A program made the position numbers and the translations under genes. The notes under the pieces are model-generated. The model did no database searches. It had not been told where the DNA came from and was given only the letters and a program-made list of their open reading frames with translations. Positions 61,180-64,000 of a stretch of DNA of 64,000 nucleotides are shown here, piece by piece. Source of the stretch: Minutocellus sp. GHC0000111 (taxonomy: Eukaryota); contig OZ361257.1 in assembly GCA_977018835.1 (NCBI GenBank), positions 2,790,001 through 2,854,000 of the forward strand, in the 5' to 3' direction. Position 1 is the stretch's first letter. Each line of letters opens with the position of its first letter.

Positions 61180-63451
61180 CTACATATCGGCATGTTCGTG
61201 CCACTCCTGCACAAGTTCCATGGCCTTTTCATCGCCGATACCCTGCCATCTGATCAGTTGCTTTCCTTCCGCCTTGCGCTTGATACGATAGCAAACGGCC
61301 CCCATCACCACCATAAGGCCAAGAAAGCCAGTCGATCCTACCTCATGGCCGTATAAAATGCACGAAAGAGCAATGCTGAGGAGTACCCTTGTTGTCATGA
61401 TGGCAAAAACGACGGCACCAAAGTTCTTAATGGTGTAAAAGATGAACAGCTGGCCAATCGTAGAGCAGATAGAAAAGAGGAAGAAATGGAGATGAATCTC
61501 TGAGTGCTGAACTACAAAATCAAGTGCGGGGCCGAGCTCTTTTGTGTGAACCAGTGTGATGAAAGACAAGACCGTCGAGAAAGCCGATGTGGCAAACATG
61601 AGCTCAATCATCGACAAGTCCCGATGCCGTTGGAACATACGGCTTTGCCACTGACTAGTGAAGCTATCAAAAAAGAGGAAGAATCCAAGTAGCATGACCC
61701 CCGTCCATGCCGCCGATGCCTTGTCGCCGTGGACATCGTATCCAAATTCCAAATCTTCCGAACCTGACATGAACATCGTGATGCCCAGACCAATGAACAA
61801 GGCGACGACGTAATCGTACTGGGGATATTCCTTGTTGCCTAACATCTTGCCCATAGCCATTACGGGCGCCAATTTGAATGATTTAAACAGTGTGGCGGCT
61901 GGGAACGAAACATACTTGAGCGCCTCGTACTGGCACCAACTGCTAAGCATATTCGATATCGAAGGAAAAGAGTACTCATAGATAATGGTGCTCTTGGACC
62001 GTCGAGGCTTTAGGTAGAGAAGCAGACCACCCGACATGATGAGAGTCCAGAAACGATTGGTAAAGACAAGAGCATAGGAATAAGTGAAGTATTCTCCAGT
62101 GATGCGAGGGTATCGCCTTGTGAGCATTCGTTCCTGCACATGATCAAATATGAGAATATTGGTGGGCAAAGTTAGACGCAGATACTACGCAGATCGAGGA
62201 AGATCACAACGGCATTGATACTGGGTCAACGTTTCGACCTCCAAGGATCCAACATCCAAAACATCGGACACAGAAGTACTAGCTAGACTACTAGCTAGAT
62301 CTGCGTTGCCAATTATCAATGCGACGCACCTGTAGAACGCCCCACGTCACGAAAGTAAGGTTCAACATGAGGACGCAGAGGCCGAGCCGCTTCATAACGT
62401 CATTACGACTCGTTGTTGTTTGATCGAATTCGAGAAAGTTTCCACCGCTGATTGCCCGTTTCCGCCCATTAATTTTGTTTCGCCGGCGATGAGGAGTCGA
62501 CCCGTCAACACCAGCCTCCGGCTCTTCCATTTCGAGGAGCAGTCCATCGGACTCGGATTCCTCGTCGGAAGATCCTACTTCGTCTTCGTCGCTACTAAAG
62601 TCCTCTTCATCCTCTTCATCGGCGCCCTCCATCGAGCTTTCATCCTCGTTATCGGAGCTGTAGTAAGACGACATATTCTTGCCCTCTTCCCCTCCTTCGT
62701 CATCCTCGGTAGTGCTACCTCTGCGACTTCCGCTGCTCCGCACTCGCACATACGACATTCGCGAGCTGGACGCTCCCTGGCTCTCGGCACTTCCTCGCTC
62801 AAGCGACTCAGGAAAATAAATCTTGCACACCATGGTCGTGATGATTACCATCGCAACGTCTACGATATTGGTCGGAATTGGAGGGGACAAAGAAACGGAG
62901 GGGGTTAGCAATGACTCACTCTAAAAAGTGTATTCATAAACGCTTTTCGCATTGCTTGCGAACACTTGTTGTTTCACATTTGACTAGCTACGTAGCTAGA
63001 GTAAATGCGTTTGTCACATGTATGCTCTGCACATCTCCTTAGCATTGCACATTCGTGCCGACTGGTCGTACTGCGAAGTGCAGATTATAGTATGACAGGA
63101 CAAACCCCTTTCCAATTCCGCAATACATTTGTGTGTAATGTACTCGCACTCACACAACAAGAAGTTGGTCGCCAGGAGAAACAATTCGGCCTCGGCTGTA
63201 GGACTCAAGAGGGGACTGGAAGAGTCCGGGACGGCACCCCCGAACTGCTGCTCGTATGGTGTACCGGGCCGCTCTCCGTACAGACCGCCGGAGGTGTAGT
63301 CGGCCCCGGCCTCGGCGTTGGAGGTATCGGCCGCTAGGTGGGCAAAGTCATCGTCTTCGCCCGCCTCCCCTGCTGCACCGGCAGTTGCGCCGGCGAGCTG
63401 ACGGAGCAGCTTCCGCGGTGCGGTAGCCGACGCCAGCGTAATAAAATCCAT
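61180..63451 (-). CDS. SLC35B2-like PAPS transporter, second copy
   Basis: As 28230-30504; one-codon deletion (AIIMTT to AIMTT) and an S/D difference. Confidence 0.9.
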
Positions 63452-63711
63452 GATATGTTACAGCAGACTAGTGCAAAGGGGACATAAAAATTCTGGCTGG
63501 GGCTAGCTAAGCCAGGATGCAATAAGCTGTAAGGCCAAGATGGATTTGCAATGACCGCGTCGCTCATGATGGCGGTTTCCGCCAACAACAACATGCGTTG
63601 AGCATTTTAGCTTGTGATAGGGATGTCCCAGAAGATAAACAAGCTTAAACCCTGGTATGTCGGCAAGTGTCAATACGCCCACAACTAACTTCACCCCACA
63701 CCCCAGCCACC

Positions 63712-64000
63712 ATGCCGTCGCCGCCGGCCAGTATTAACCGACCTAAGAATCATCTCATCGTCGACGCGACAAAGCCATATAGCTTCAGTTTCCTCAAGTA
63801 TGGTCGCGAAGAGAAGGTGACGGTTGATCAGACGGCAGAGGAGGCCACATGGCGTGAGTTTGCAAGTGACTACTGTGATGAAAAGTTTCTCTCACTCGCG
63901 CTCTGCTAGCTCGCCGTATCTTCAAATGCAGAGTGTTGCTCTGACGAATACATGTCAGGATATTAGAAACACCGCTCAACCAATGAATTTTACATGCTCA
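63712..64000 (+). CDS. METTL21-like methyltransferase, exon 1 and start of intron (runs off the window)
   Basis: Matches the sequence from 30765 onward. Confidence 0.8.

Overview
Eukaryotic nuclear DNA from a diatom (GT-AG introns, an Lhcf/FCP gene with the ASAFAP plastid motif). The window is almost entirely a head-to-tail array of a ~33-kb unit. The unit junction is most likely at ~25380 and ~58343, where two 5'-truncated genes meet head-to-head. Unit gene order: DUF3727-like fragment, RPS23, SLC35B2-like PAPS transporter, METTL21-like methyltransferase, GlpT/SLC37 transporter, TatD, hypothetical, DOT1-like methyltransferase, hypothetical, a ~8-kb transposon island, PRORP, cytosolic FBPase, UBA3, Lhcf, membrane-protein fragment. 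Bases 1-5579 are a rearranged extra copy. It carries a 3918-bp deletion (transposase to PRORP intron) and an in-frame FBPase::methyltransferase fusion. The transposon island holds a decayed Transib/Chapaev-like transposase and a frameshifted DD38D Tc1/mariner transposase next to an unknown convergent ORF. It also shows a strong, local loss of TpA dinucleotides, apparently converted to TpG/CpA, which suggests a repeat-directed A-to-G mutation process opposite in direction to fungal RIP. Several copy-specific frameshifts in short runs look like long-read consensus errors. Gene identities come from motif recognition only; no searches were run.
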